From: Euglena gracilis
Taxonomy: Eukaryota
Assembly (NCBI GenBank): GCA_039621445.1
Contig: CP154954.1
Span: forward strand, 6,955,425-7,019,424
Reading direction: 5' to 3'
DNA length: 64,000 nucleotides
Below, piece after piece: positions 1-12,600 of the stretch. The notes below the pieces were generated by a model. That model had not been told where the DNA came from. It searched no databases and saw only the letters and a list, made by a program, of their open reading frames with translations. The translations under genes and the position numbers were made by a program. The first letter of the stretch is position 1. The number at the start of each line of letters is the position of its first letter.

Positions 1-1344
1 GGGAAAGGGGGGGTCCGACCCCCCCCCTGGACGGGACAGAGTCCGTAGCACACGCTCCTTGCCTGACGGGTGGGATCTGGGGCATACCATTGCTTAAGGT
101 GTGTCCGACCCCCCCCCCCCGGGGTGACTGGAGTGACTGACTGGTTTTTGGCTCCAGACCTCCCCAGGGTTAGGGTCGGCCAGGAATGGCAGGAAGGGCA
201 GGAAAGGCAAAGGTGGCTTGGCCTTCAGCGCAGGCAACCCGGCACCGAAGGCCACTTTGTTTTGAATTTTTGGCCAAAATCCATTGAGTTTAGGCCATTT
301 GGCCCGAGTGGCCAAAGTGACCGGCCTCCCGGGGGTTTTTTTTGAATAGTGAATGACTGGTTTTTTTTGAAATTGGAAAGTAACCCCGGTCGGTAAGCAA
401 TGGTGTGGGGAAAGTCTTGATTCTGGAAACTCCTCCCCTGAATTGGTCCTGGAAACTCCACCCGTGGGGGTTCTTTCCCTGGCGCTTTGTGCTGCGCCTT
501 CATATCTACATTTTCATATGTTTTTGTCATTTTGTTGGGGAACTCACCTGAAAACACAATTCAAGGAAATGAAAACTTACACACAGCTGTTTACCTGTTG
601 AATATTTTCTTATCCGTTGAAAAATACTGATTTTAATCAAATTTGATAAAGATAAAGCCGAACCCCAAATATTTTTGGGGGTTTGTTTTGGGTCCGTTGT
701 GTGAAACTTTCGGTGTGGTTTTTTTTTGCGTCGCTAAGCCTGAAATTCCATCATTTTTTGGGTTAACCGTTTTTTTTTTCCCTGGAATTGGTCCATGCTT
801 CGTGTCATGTTAAGATGAAGATTTGATTTCTTTTGGGAAGTCATCTCGGTCATCTCGGTCGCGAAAATTCGCGGATTCAAGAATTTGCGTTGTTTTTCAG
901 CACGCTATTGGGATATTGCGTGGTTTCATGGGAGAAGTTTTTCACCATTCAGATTTTTTGCATCTCGTGCGCAGATAATCCCCTTTGATCGTTGATGTTT
1001 GATGTTTTTTTGTGTGTTGGATGTCTCGTTACTTTTGCAGAGTTTTCAACCAATCCAAACCCCGATTTTGTGCTTCTGTGAATTAAACCCCCCTATTTGT
1101 AAACCCCCCACTTAACCCCCCCCCCTCTGGCCGACCAACCAAACCTTGCATTTTAAACCCCATGCTGGGGAAGAAAAAGTAAAACCACCGGGAATTTGTT
1201 TTCAGCCACAATCCACCCAAAAACTGGCTTTTTGGCAACTTTTTGAGACCGACCATCATCAATAAACAGCCATTTTTTGACCAAATTTGCCAAAAAAAAT
1301 TGCCCATTTCGGGCGTTTTGTGGTTATTTTGGGCCATCATTGAA

Positions 1345-1530
1345 TTGTTGATTTATAAACCCCAGATGTTTTGAGTTGGCATGTTGCGTTATGGCACAAA
1401 ATTTTATTTTATTAATGCTGGTGGCTTCTAAGGCAAGAGCAGCGTCCATAAAACCGAGGTGTTCTGCAAACCTGCACCCCCCATTGTCTGAAAAAGTGTA
1501 TGGCGGTGTTTGCCCCTGTGAATGCTGTTC
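1345..1530 (-). pseudogene. Possible degenerate non-LTR RT fragment next to CCCTAA remnants
   Basis: EHLGFMDAALALEATS...HLGFIN resembles the HL.(Y/F)ADD..L.A.S...GL.IN segment of non-LTR RTs. The match is weak. Confidence 0.25.
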
Positions 1531-4500
1531 CCTAACCCTAACCCTTTTCTTTACCCTAACCCTAATTTTAATCCTCACCGGTGTTTAAATTTTGGCAATA
1601 TGCTAATCTATTGATCACTCGGACGAACAATTTTTGAATTGTCAAGGTTTTGAGTATCTTTCAGTGCTCGGTCTCAGCTGCCCCAATTGTTCCCGCAGCA
1701 TCACATGTTGAAACGTCCTGGGTGTATGTGCTGACATGCTCACCCCCCCCCAGCCCCAGGCTGCCTTGGGAGCAACACCCTGGAGTCTTGGGCGCCCATT
1801 CAAATTCTCATGGTGGTGGACGGCTTGCTGTTCCCCAGCGAGGCTTCAGTGACATGATACAACCCAGATGTGTCTGCCCGCTGATGTTTGACGGTGGTGC
1901 AATTTGTGAGGAAATTCACAAGTGTACCCCCAGGTGTGTTTTTATATTTCCCTCCTGCCAAGAGGTTAGGGTTTTTTGCCCAAACCCTCACCTCAATATT
2001 TTCTCTTGAGGGGGGGTCCAGGAGCTGGGGTCCAGGAGCTGACTGCCGGCCGCCTGACGAAGGGTTTTGGAGTCTGAACCCCCTCCATGCCTATGACCAG
2101 TTATTTTGGTGCGCTTCAGATGGTTGCACATCATTCGTCTGGAAACAATGTGCAATGTGTTTCTTCACTTCGGGGGTTAGTGTCTGGGAGGAGAAAGAGA
2201 GCCATGCGAGTTCATGCATAGCACAGTGGTTGAAAAGGGAGGGAAGGAGGGCAGTGTGGGTCTCCGGCCAAAGCTGCCGCAGCGTTTCGGCCTCGTCTGG
2301 GTGCTGTCGCGCTTTCTCTATGGCTTTGGCTACTCCCGCAGCGGGCCAAAGGGCCGCATGGTAGGGGTGCTCCTCTCGCACTCAGGCTGTGTACCCGCAC
2401 TCCCCTCTTTTCGCTGTGACGGTTCTCTTTTTGTTTAAGGGTTCGCATTATTTCCCCTCCCCCCAGGTCGACTCGACTGCACAGTGTCTAATTTTTGCAA
2501 GTGGATATCCCAGTGGACCTCAGATGGGGGTCTAGTGGAAGGTTAACCCACCCCAAAGTTAAGCAACCCGTTGATTAAATTTGGCTTTCATTGTGTTGGC
2601 CGAAGGGTTACTTAAATTAGGACGACTTGGTCAACAACACAATCTCTTTTTTCAATACAGGACACATTTTTTTGAGGAAAAGGTTTTGTTTTCAAACCCT
2701 CCCAAAAATGTGCAAATTTGCTAATTTGGATGTTTGTGTTGTTGATGGTTGGATGGTTGGATAATTTTGTTAATATTCCCTTGATTTTACTGCATTTTCA
2801 GGGGTTGCATAAATTTGGATTTTGCGCTGAAGTCTGGTGGTTGCTTAAATTTGGCGGTTGCTTAAATTTGGGTATCGGTCGGTTCGACCTCAAGGGTTGC
2901 TTAAATTTGGGGTTGCTTAATTTTGGAGGTGTTGTTTGAATTTTGGGAGCAGGTTTTCTTTGCAACCTTGTAGAACAGTTGTCTTTTGCATAATTCTCAA
3001 CCATTCTTTTTAACAGCTCAAGCTTTTTCAAACTCACTGCCTGCCCGCATCTGGGCACTCTGCCCCTGATCTTCCTTTCCCTGTATGCGGGGGCTGTTAT
3101 GGCAGAACTGGTGTAGACGCCGGTTTGGCGATCCTCCCAGCCCCCAATGCGTTGCTTAAAGTGGTGACCAGGTGGCCAGGATTTGAACAGAGATGTCAAC
3201 TCCCAAATTTGACCAGATGCTTACTCCACTCCTTCTGTGATCACAATTCGCACATCTTTTTCGGTGGAATTTTGCTGTTGGTCTTTGAGCAAATGCATCA
3301 CAGAAATTGTCCACAGTTTTGCTCATCATCGAATGTTGAATGTTATATTATTGCAACTACAAATGTGATTTGGAATCTCAATTTGCATCATTTGAAAATT
3401 TGCAGCCAAAGGTATGTCCCCATTTTGATTGATCAAGAGAAAGTTGGCAACTGCATACTAGATGTTGGTTATGTGCCGAAGCTTGTTTCGTGATATGGGT
3501 TAGCATTGGATTTTTTCTGAAATAGGGTAGTGGTTGTTGGTCAGGATATAGGGTTTGGTTAGTCAGTGGTCTGTTAGGGTTCATTAGTGTAATGGTTAAT
3601 GATGCAATGGGTTGGTTTCCTTCAGGCCGAAATTAGGCCAAATTTTACCCGAAACGCGATTTGAAATGTGGCAAATATTTCAGTCCAACATTAGTTTCGG
3701 GGCCAGTGAACCAAAGCTGGAAGAATTGAAACAGTTACCGGACTAATTAACCTCACATGAGTGGACAGCCTCTTGGGGTCCGTTCATCAGGTAGCTGTAA
3801 ATTCATTTTCATGGCTCACTAACCCTAAGAATTTTCCACAGAAACTGTTTGTTTTGGAGATTATGAAAATTATCCCTCCTCCCTCCCCTGGATTTTGGGA
3901 TGAATTGAATCATGAGTTACTCTTTTCCCAAATCATGTATTCCTGTGTTAAAAGCAGTTTATAAATGCCGAATATTGCAGTTTTTCAGGATGTCAAATTG
4001 TTCTGAAAATGAAGTTCTGATGATTCACCGAAAGATATTTTTGTCGATGCCATATACCAGAATGATTCTTTCCTGGTGCATGTCTGTCACCTTGTATGAA
4101 AGTGGCATCATTTTCTCTCCCTGTTTTTGTTCCCCGCGTTGAACGTTTTCTGCAGCTTGCAGACAGTCCTGATTGATCTGTCTGTCGATCGCAATAATTC
4201 CTGTCCTTCGTTTTTTTTTTTTTGCTTTGGCATTATATACTTTTTGACGTGACATCCCCAAGGCAAGACATCCCCATCAGTGCATGCTTCGGTGCTGGAA
4301 CCATCATTTCCTGCCGAGCAGAGAGAGGCCAAAAGCGTTTTTTGTGGGTTTTTTACTTTTTTTGATTTGGCAAAATTTCCGCACTTCCGTCTTTTGGGGT
4401 TGTTTTCACAAAAGGCATAAAGTGGAGCGACTGCGGTTATGTCTGGGTGGATGTGGGGGACGTTTGGGGTGGATGTTTTTTGGTGCAAAGTTCAGCTCAA

Positions 4501-4575
4501 AAACAGCTTTTTCCGGAGCCGGGAGGCCAAAAAACATCGTTTCGGACAGAATTCGTTTTCGATTTTTTTCACCGC

Positions 4576-4711
4576 CTTTGCCATTGTGAGGCCATGCCTT
4601 GCTCACCGGCAAATTGCGGAGCCCGAGGTGTCCCTCGAGGAAAGCCGAAAAGGGAGGAAGGGTCACCGAGGGCGAAGCACAAAGACATTGTGAGGCTATG
4701 CCGTGCTCGCC
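4576..4711. mobile_element. Rearranged relic of DIRS-B-family termini (joined ends)
   Basis: 4608-4632 matches the B terminus at 14122-14146 and runs straight into a match to 9401-9479. 4576-4610 is an inverted piece of the B ITR. Confidence 0.75.
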
Positions 4712-5137
4712 TTTTGCCTTTTGCCGGGTTGACTTGGGGTTTGCCCTTTTCCGTAAGCGTAGGATCCACTTTCGGACTCCCACGACAAAGGAAGGGGGAG
4801 GAAGGGACCAAGAGGGCGAAGCACAAGAAGATGGTGAGGTCCTGCTTTCCTTGCCGGCTGTTTTGTTCTGGTGTGTTTGTGCGTGCGCGGGGGTGCTTCT
4901 TACTGCGCCTTTGTTGCCGGAGTTGGCGATGATGAGGCCTCCTCCGACACCTTGGCGAAGCTGAACCGCCGTGGCCCCGCCCCCCCCTCTCCCATGGTCG
5001 CTTGGTGAGCCCCCCCCCCCTGATGGGGATGGTGGTCTCTATCTGTGTTTCTGGGTGGGTGGTTGGGGCTGCTTGGTTGGGGGTCCCTTTTCTGGTTGGG
5101 ATGTTTTTCTTCTGATTTTTTGGGTGGGAGGGTTGGG

Positions 5138-5237
5138 CTCACCATCTTCTTGTGCTTCGCCCTCTTGGTCCCTTCCTCCCCCTTCCTTTGTCGTGGGAGC
5201 CCGAGACCATTCGGGCTCCGCACTGCGAGATGGTGAG
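5138..5237. repeat. DIRS A internal complementary region (ICR)
   Basis: 5138-5204 is complementary to 4772-4838, and 5205-5237 is complementary to 9328-9360. Confidence 0.92.
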
Positions 5238-5270
5238 GTACTGTGCACCCCCCTTTGGGCCATAATATTT

Positions 5271-6200
5271 TTAAATTTTTGACACGACTCCCAGCCTCAA
5301 ATAATGAGCTTGGAAGGCACCAAAATTTTTCCACTGACCCAGCTGCTGGACTTCTTCCACTTGCAAACCAGCATTTTTCCACCATAAGACCCCAGCCCCT
5401 CTGGTGCTGTGGGGTTTCCAGTGGGTGGTGTCCACCCCCCCCTCCTGCAGAATTTCTTTGGTTAGGGAATTCACCCTTTCTGATGTCAAAGGTCTTTTAC
5501 CATCCAAAGACCACAACAAATTATTTTTGTGCCCAACCATGTGGGCTGTCCTTTCCGCATACTCTTTCAATAAATGCCATGGGCTTATGAGGGGGGTGTG
5601 TGGCAAATTCAAAATCTCTTCCCATTTTGGGAATTGCCACCCTTTCCTTTGCAATAAAATGAAAAATTTTTCTCCCACGAAACTGATTTTTCGCTTTGTC
5701 CTGGCTAAATCAACCCCCCTGTGGAGGGCCAAAAGCCTCCAACAGATGATGAGTCTGTTTCTGAGCTCTTTCACAGATAGGTCTGAGAGGGGTGTGGAAT
5801 TCCTCATGATGTTTTCTAGGAAATCAGTGGGGTCCCAAAAGTGGGCATACTTGCAGACATTGGCATTCCACTTCCTTTTCAATGGAGCCAGAAGGGGTGA
5901 AAATCTCAAAGACCCAAACCCTGGGAGTAATAAGGCTGCTGCATATGCATTTCGTGCAGTATTGATGCTATGAACAGCAAGATCAAGGATGGCTTCAGCC
6001 ATCTTGGGGACTGTGCACTGCTGCAGAGGCACCCCTTTGTGCAATAATTGACCCACCAATGCCCTGAAGGCTGAGTCATATCTTTTGACATTTCCCAGAT
6101 TTTTTATGTAAGTGTCGATACTGGACATCGAAACTTCCTGGGATTGTAATATTTGCCTGACACAATCAAGCAGGCCAAATTCCACCTTGGGGGGGGCATC
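5271..6200 (-). CDS. DIRS A tyrosine recombinase domain
   Basis: The C-terminal part of ORF 5271..9098 contains LALHRGVDLAR, KPHSTRGAG and QLGQWKNFGAFQAHY, the R-H-R-W-Y catalytic set. The upstream limit of the domain is approximate. Confidence 0.85.
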   Translation of the reverse strand, partial: DAPPKVEFGLLDCVRQILQSQEVSMSSIDTYIKNLGNVKRYDSAFRALVGQLLHKGVPLQQCTVPKMAEAILDLAVHSINTARNAYAAALLLPGFGSLRFSPLLAPLKRKWNANVCKYAHFWDPTDFLENIMRNSTPLSDLSVKELRNRLIICWRLLALHRGVDLARTKRKISFVGEKFFILLQRKGWQFPKWEEILNLPHTPLISPWHLLKEYAERTAHMVGHKNNLLWSLDGKRPLTSERVNSLTKEILQEGGVDTTHWKPHSTRGAGVLWWKNAGLQVEEVQQLGQWKNFGAFQAHYLRLGVVSKI

Positions 6201-8000
6201 TCCTCCCCCCAGCAGTTGGTGAACAGACCCCACTGGGGGGGTACTAGCAAAACCTTGCTGCCTGGCTGCCTGATTGACATTAATTGGCGCCACCATGATG
6301 TCGAAGCCCAGTGGGGTACAATCAACAGACAAATTAGGTCTGGGTTTAACATTAATCTCTGAACCCATTGGGGAATGATGCTCCAGGGAGGGTTGGCATA
6401 AACTGGGGGGAGACCCCTTAAATCTGCCTTCAGAGCATCCACCAACAAAGCCCCTTGGTGGGGGTATCGACAAATGAACTTGGGGAATTTTTTGTTGCTG
6501 GGTGTGCAAAACATGTCCACCTCTGGGGTGATGTGGTTTTTGAAAAACTTCAGAATCTGGTGAAAAATGGTCAGGTTCAGGGTATAATCCCCTGGATCTT
6601 TTTGCTCCCTGGTCAGGGAGTCTGCCAATTGTTCTTTTGTGGGAACCCAAACCACCTGCAAGTTGATTTGCCTTTCTTGGCAATGGTACAGAAGGGGTTT
6701 TAGGATGGAATTTAAATATGGCTTTTTGCCTCCCCATTTTGTCAAATAACTGACTGCCCACATGAAGAACAATGGTTTGTTTTGGTTTTGCCAAAGCCTT
6801 TACAGTTTCCACTGCAGACATCAATTCTTTTTGATTGATGTGAAGGACATGCAGGTCCCTCCAGAAATCCTGGACCTTTTGACCAGACTTTTTGTCCAGC
6901 CCCCCCCATTGCCAGGTGCTGCTGTCTGAGAACAGTTCCTGAGAGGCCTGGGATTGAAAGGCTCTGCCCACACCTGGCTGCAAAAACGTTTTTAACTCCA
7001 CAATTTGATCTTTGACCCCCTGGGGAATGGTCAGGGTGTGGTCCCAACCCCACTTTGTGTGCAAATCCACCATTTTGCAAAGTTGATCTGTCAGAATTCT
7101 GAGAAAAGGCATTGAAACTAAATAGCTTCTGACTTGCCCTACAATAGAGCTGAGTTTTCTGCAGCTCATCTTTTGTGCTGTCAGCACCTTTCCTAATTCC
7201 TTTCTTAGGGATTTTAATTTTTCCTGTGGAATTTCCAGCTGGCCTTTTTTCAAATTGATCCACTGGCCCAAATGCTTTATTTCTTGTGTTGGTTCCAGAC
7301 ATGATTTGGGGAGGTTTATTCTGAAACCTGCCAGTAAAAGATCTTTTTTCATTTCTGCCAAATGCTGGGCTGCTGTCTTTTTGCTGGGGGCTAACAGCAA
7401 AATGTCGTCTAGGTAGATGAAAACTACCTTTCCTTCCTTCCTCCATTTCCTTTCCCAGACTCTCATGAGAGTCATAAACTTTTGTGGCAGGCTGCTTAAC
7501 CCAAAGCATGCAGCTTGAAATTGCCACGTTTCCCCCCCCACTTGCATGCAGACATGCTTTTCCAGGCTGCTGTGCAGCTTTAGATCTATTTTTCCACAGA
7601 ACCAACCCTTTCTGAGATATGGGAAAATGTTTCCCATGTGTTCCAGTCTGAACTTCTGGGGGGTGAAATGTTGATTTAACTGTCGACAATCTGAAATTAA
7701 TCTTTCCTTTGTCTTTCCCCCTTCCTGTTTGGAAATGATAAAATAGGGGACAAAATGTTTTGCTCCCTCTGGGGTGATTTGCCTGGTTGCCCCTGCACAT
7801 TCGTATTCCCTCAGAATTTTTTGGGCAGTCATTATTTCTTGGGGAGTTTTGAAGGGAATTTTTAAGGACATCTGAGGGGGGAGGGGAAGATCTGCCCTGA
7901 CCCCTTCCCTTATCAGGTTTAATACCTCTGTGCTGGCCCCTGCCTTGACCCAATGGGGAATGCTGGCCTGCAGGGCCATGAATGGGGGCACCCCTGGGTG
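6104..8000 (-). pseudogene. DIRS A pol: reverse transcriptase - RNase H - N6-adenine methyltransferase (disrupted)
   Basis: RT and RNase H lie in ORF 5271..9098; the rest of RNase H and the MTase (VDMF..YANPPW) lie in ORF 6104..6772. Lesions: DLK|LHSS lacks the DAYFHIP segment present in copy B, and an ~11-nt deletion near 6758 removes DNQV and shifts the frame. The 5' limit is approximate. Confidence 0.85.
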
Positions 8001-9690
8001 TAATGTGTCTGGGGAGTCCACAGGCCCCATCACTGGGGGCCCCATCACTGGGGTCCTGCCTGGCTGCCCCATCACTGGGGTCCTGCCTGGCTGCCCCATC
8101 ACTGGGGTCCTGCCTGGCTGCCCCATCACTGGGGTCACCTCTGGCCCTGCCATAGGGCTGCCCAAAGACAGGCTTTCCCCCTGATTTTGAAAGATTGGGG
8201 AAAGTCTGTGTCTGCAATGGGGAGGTACATATATAGCTGGGGGGTTTGGCTTGATTACCTTCTGGGGGGGCCCTTGTGTAGCCAATCTTGGGCCTCCCCC
8301 CCAAGGGCTGGTGTGATCTTGAATGCATTGGCCTCCAATGGCCACTTGATTTTGATTGAAATGGCCTCCATTGGCCTTGAAATCTTGATGCTTCTCCTGG
8401 CCTCCATTGGCCTTTTGCATATAATGGCCTCCATTGGCCTTGATATTTCGATGCTTCCCCTGGCCCCCATTGGCCTCTTGCATATAATGGCCTCCATTGG
8501 CCTTCCCCTGAAGGGGGGGTTGCTTGCCTGGATGTGCAGCTCCTGAGGGGTTTGTGTTTGAGGGAGCTGTGGGGTAAGTTGGACATACCTTTCCCCCATG
8601 GGAGCTTCCCAGGTTTGGACACAGGCTGCCATAGCCTTGCTCCTGGGCCCACTGCCCTCTTGGATGATGGCTTCCATAGCCATGATTCTGGGCCCCAGGC
8701 CCTGTCCAATGATGGCTGCCATAGCCTTGACTTTGATTTGAATCCTTTGGATTGAGGCTGCCATAGCCTTTGCTTTTTCCCCTGAAAGGGGAGGAACTGC
8801 GAAAAAGGGGTGGAGTCTGTTGGACCTGTGATGGTGGTCCCCCTCTGTCGTCTCTTCCTGACCACAGTTGTCCATGGTCCATGGCCATCATTGTTAGTGG
8901 GGGAGTCTGAAACCTTGAGTTTTGAAATCTCTGAAGCGTTGGGGGGTGGGGGGGTTGCGATGGCCACGGACTGACGAGCTGTTGCCGCCCCTCCAGCTGC
9001 TGCAGCTGCTGCTGTGTCTCCACCTTCCCCAGCTTCAGTTGACTTCTTGGAAGTCCGTTGAAGTTCTTCTTGAAATTCAAAGGTTCTTTGAAATTCATTC
9101 TTCATGGAAGTCTCGTTGTTGATCTTCGAAAAGTTGAATTCTTCCGTCAGGAAGTTGAAGTTCCGAAAATTTTCGTCCACTTGAGTCGTAGAAGTAAAAG
9201 TATTTCTCCTTGAGGTCGAAGGGCAGAAATAGGAATCAGCCAACTCCGGCTACAAAAAGCAGTAAGAAGCACCCCCCGCGCACGCACAAACACACCAGAA
9301 CAGAACAGCCGGCAAGGAAAGCAGGACCTCACCATCTCGCAGTGCGGAGCCCGAATGGTCCTTGAATTCCCCCCTGGCATTTTCCCTTTGGTTCGTACTC
9401 CCTCGAGGCAGACCGAGAAGGGAGGAAGGGACACCGAGGGCGAAGCACAAAGACATTGTGAGGCCATGCCTTGCTCGCCGGCGGTTTGTTGTGATTGTTT
9501 GCTGCGCTGGGTTAGGAGGTCCCGCTTAGTGCCGCCTCGCCGCAGTTGGCTGCATCGTCTCCGACGTGGCGACCATGGCACTGTTTCTTTGCCTGGGGGG
9601 GTCCCCCCCCACCTCCCCCCCCCCCTGGCCCCCATCTTCTGATCGAGGGCGTTTGAAGACAAATTTTCTTATATGGGTGGGGGGGTCGGG

Positions 9691-9797
9691 CTCACAATGT
9701 CTTTGTGCTTCGCCCTCGGTGTCCCTTCCTCCCTTCTCGGTCTGCCTCGAGGGAGTACGAGACACCTCGGGCTCCGCACTTTGCCATTGTGAGGCCA
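9691..9797. repeat. DIRS B internal complementary region (ICR)
   Basis: 9691-9760 is complementary to 9393-9462, and 9761-9797 is complementary to ~14110-14146. Confidence 0.92.
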
Positions 9798-9799
9798 GA

Positions 9800-10720
9800 T
9801 TGTGCACTGAAAATAGGGGGGCCAGGGCATTCTCCAAAGAACCTTGGGCACCAAGTCTTTGATAATGGGCTGTGTAAGCTTCCACCCCCTTCCATTGACC
9901 AATTTCATAAACTTCTTGGGCAGAAAGGCCCAATTTTTTAGCAAACCAACCCCTGCCCCTCTGGTGGAGTGGGGTCCCAAAACCTGGGGGGGTACCCCCT
10001 GTTTGGTCAAAAAGTCTTTGGTGATAGAAGCAATGGTATCTGCCTTAATGGCTTTGTAGGGGGGTTTTAACGTAATTAAAAGGGGGCCCCCAGGTTTCAT
10101 AAAGAAACGTGTTGCTGCCACATAAGACAACATTAAATGAAAGGGGCTGATTTGGGGGCACTGGGGAATGGAGACAACTCGCTCCCACTTGTGGAGTTGT
10201 TGCCCTTTACGTTTAATTTCGATGTAGGGTGCCCCCCCCAACACACTGGTGGTTCTTTGGACCTGTGCCAAATCAGAACTTCTGTATAAACAGAGGATTC
10301 GTGAACAGAAAATGAGTTGTGTACGCAATGTACATATATTAGAGGGCAGGGGGGACTGTGCCAGCCCCAGTAGGATTGGGAGGGGATCCCAGAATGCACC
10401 AAATTTCTCCAGGTTTTGGTTCCAAAGCCTTTTGTAAGGTGCCAACATGGCATGGAACCTCAGGCCCCCAAAGCCAGGGATCAATAGCATAGCACTGTAT
10501 GCATTGCGTGCTTGGGCCTTTGAAAATTGGAACAGTTGAATTAAAGCGTCAACCACTTGGTCAGTGGTGGCTTCAGGGGGGGGTACCCCCATTTTTTCCA
10601 GAATCACCCATAAAAGCGTAAAGGCACGTTGATACATTTTCAAACTGGGGTTCTTCCCAGGAAATCTGTAATGGTTTGAATTTTGTATTTGTTTCCCTTC
10701 CAAAATTTGCCTGAGCAAAT
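9800..10720 (-). pseudogene. DIRS B tyrosine recombinase (frameshift before catalytic Tyr)
   Basis: ORF 9669..11759 carries LYRSSDL and HSTRGAG. The GQW..AHY segment continues in ORF 9526..9933 after a frameshift near 9935. Confidence 0.82.
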
Positions 10721-12600
10721 CATGCAAAGGAGGGGCCACCTGGGGGGTGGCATTTTTTCCCCCCTGCAATTGGTAAACATACCCTTGTAAGGGGTGATTT
10801 TCAGGCAGGGGGTCCCTGGTACTTTCATTTTTATTAACTGGGGCCACCATGTGGCTGAATCCCAGTAGGGGGTGACCATAAAAACTTTGGCTTGTGGAAA
10901 CATTCTTAATCTGGGGAGAAATTTTTGAATTACAGACCAGGGGGGGTTTGCATAAAGGCCCCCCATGTTGTCCAGTGGACATTGCAATGCATCCACTGCT
11001 GTGGCTTCCCAGTTGGGCCACCTGGCCACAAATTGTGGCAGTTTTTTGTTGCCTGGTGAGGCAAAAAGGTCTGTTTTCAGGGTGATGTAATTTTTGAACT
11101 GCTGCCTCAGCCATTGAAAAAGTTGGGGGTCCAGGGAATAATCCCCCCTGTCCATTTCCCACCTGCTTATGGGGTCTGCCAGGCATTCCTTTGAAGGGAC
11201 CCACTTTACTTGCAGGTTTACGTTTTCCTCCATGCACCATTTGAAGAAGGGTCTCAGCATGGAATTGTAGGGGTCTTTTCTGCCCCCCCCCTTTGTTAAG
11301 TAATAGTAAATTACTTGATTGTCCACCGACAGGGACACAGTTTCTCCTGGTTGGCTGAGGCTTTGAACTGTGCTTGTTGCTGCACTTAATTCTTTGACGT
11401 TTATGTGCAAAATGGAGCTTTCCCTCCAAAATTCTTGCACAATTTTGCCTGTTCGAATGTCCAGTCCCCCCCATGCGTGGGTGCTGCTGTCTGAGTGCAA
11501 CTCCCTGGTTGCACTTTGGGGGAAGGGTCTGCCACCCCAGGTGTCCAGCAGAATTTTTATTTCCCTTAATTGGGCCTTTATTCTTTGGGAAATGGGGTGT
11601 TTTGAGTCCCAGGGGGCTGTGGAATTTTCCACCAAAAAATTTGCCAGGGCATCCGTAAAGGCCCTTAGAAAGGGCAGGGCCATCAGATTGCATCTTATTT
11701 GGCCCAAAATGGCAGCCAGCTGCCTTTTTGACATGTAATCTTTTTTCACCACTTTTCACAGCTGTTTTTTTTTTTCTGGGGAGGGCACCTGTACTTGTCC
11801 CTCTTGGAAGTTTAGTTGAAATTCAAGAAGATTTACGATTTGTGTGGGCTGCAGGGTGGACTTTTTTACATTGATTTTGAATCCTGATTTGATTAAATCC
11901 CTGACCACTGTGTTCAGGTGATTTTGTAAGGTGATTTGTGTTGGGGCCACCAGTAAAATGTCGTCCAGGTAAATAAATACCTGGATGCCCCTTTTCCTCC
12001 ACAGTTTTTCGAATGTTTTCATGACTGACATGAAAATTTGGGGCATCACATTCAGGCCAAAACAGCCTGGAATTCCCAGGTCTGCCCCCCCACCTGATGC
12101 CTTAAAAATGGCCTTAGGCCTGGACTTACTGGAATATGAAAATAGGCATCCTTCAGGTCTATTTTTGCTGCCCAGTGGCCTTTTTCCAAAACTGGAAAAA
12201 TGTGCTGGATGTGATCCAGCTTGAAAGGTTTCACACGAAACTGCTGATTTAATTCTCTGCAGTCGCTGATCATTCTCCATTTGGTTGTTCCCCCTTCTGG
12301 TTTTGAAATTAGAAACCATGGGATTAAATGCTGGGTTTCTGAATCCCAAACTCGTTTTATTGACCCAGTTTTTTCGTAATCCAGCAGGATTTTTTCTGCC
12401 TGGTTCAGGTCCAGGTTGGCTCTGGGTTTTGGGTGGGTGGACAATTTTGGTGGGCAGACCCAGGGGGGTTGAATGCCATCCCTGATGAGTTGACATGTTG
12501 TTGGGGGGGGGCATTTTTGTCCACCATTTCAAGCTTTTTTGCAGCCTTTGATGGAGGGGGGTGTCTCCCCATTTTTCCTCCATGGAATTTATTTCTTGGA
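10640..12600 (-). pseudogene. DIRS B pol: RT - RNase H - N6A methyltransferase (frameshifted)
   Basis: ORFs 12052..12444, 11756..12583 (3' half) and 10640..11752 give consecutive pieces of the same polyprotein. Confidence 0.85.

Larger units (their letters stand above)
4772..9360 (-). mobile_element. DIRS-type tyrosine-recombinase retrotransposon, copy A (full length, mutated)
   Basis: Inverted terminal repeats at 4830-4927 and 9239-9336. The internal complementary region 5138-5237 is the reverse complement of the two outer termini joined. Encodes RT (FGL..LP, YLDD), RNase H (SDSS..WGG, HINQKEL), an NPPW methyltransferase and a YR (R..D / HSTR / GQW..HY). Confidence 0.95.

Noticed and set aside
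1600-4500. Assorted short ORFs and an inverted-repeat segment at ~2550-2930
   Set aside because: No identifiable family or TSD; probably decayed repeats.
5271-9098. Novel 1275-aa RT-RNase H-recombinase fusion protein
   Set aside because: Explained by a small frameshifting deletion near 6758. The RT also lacks the DAYFHIP segment.
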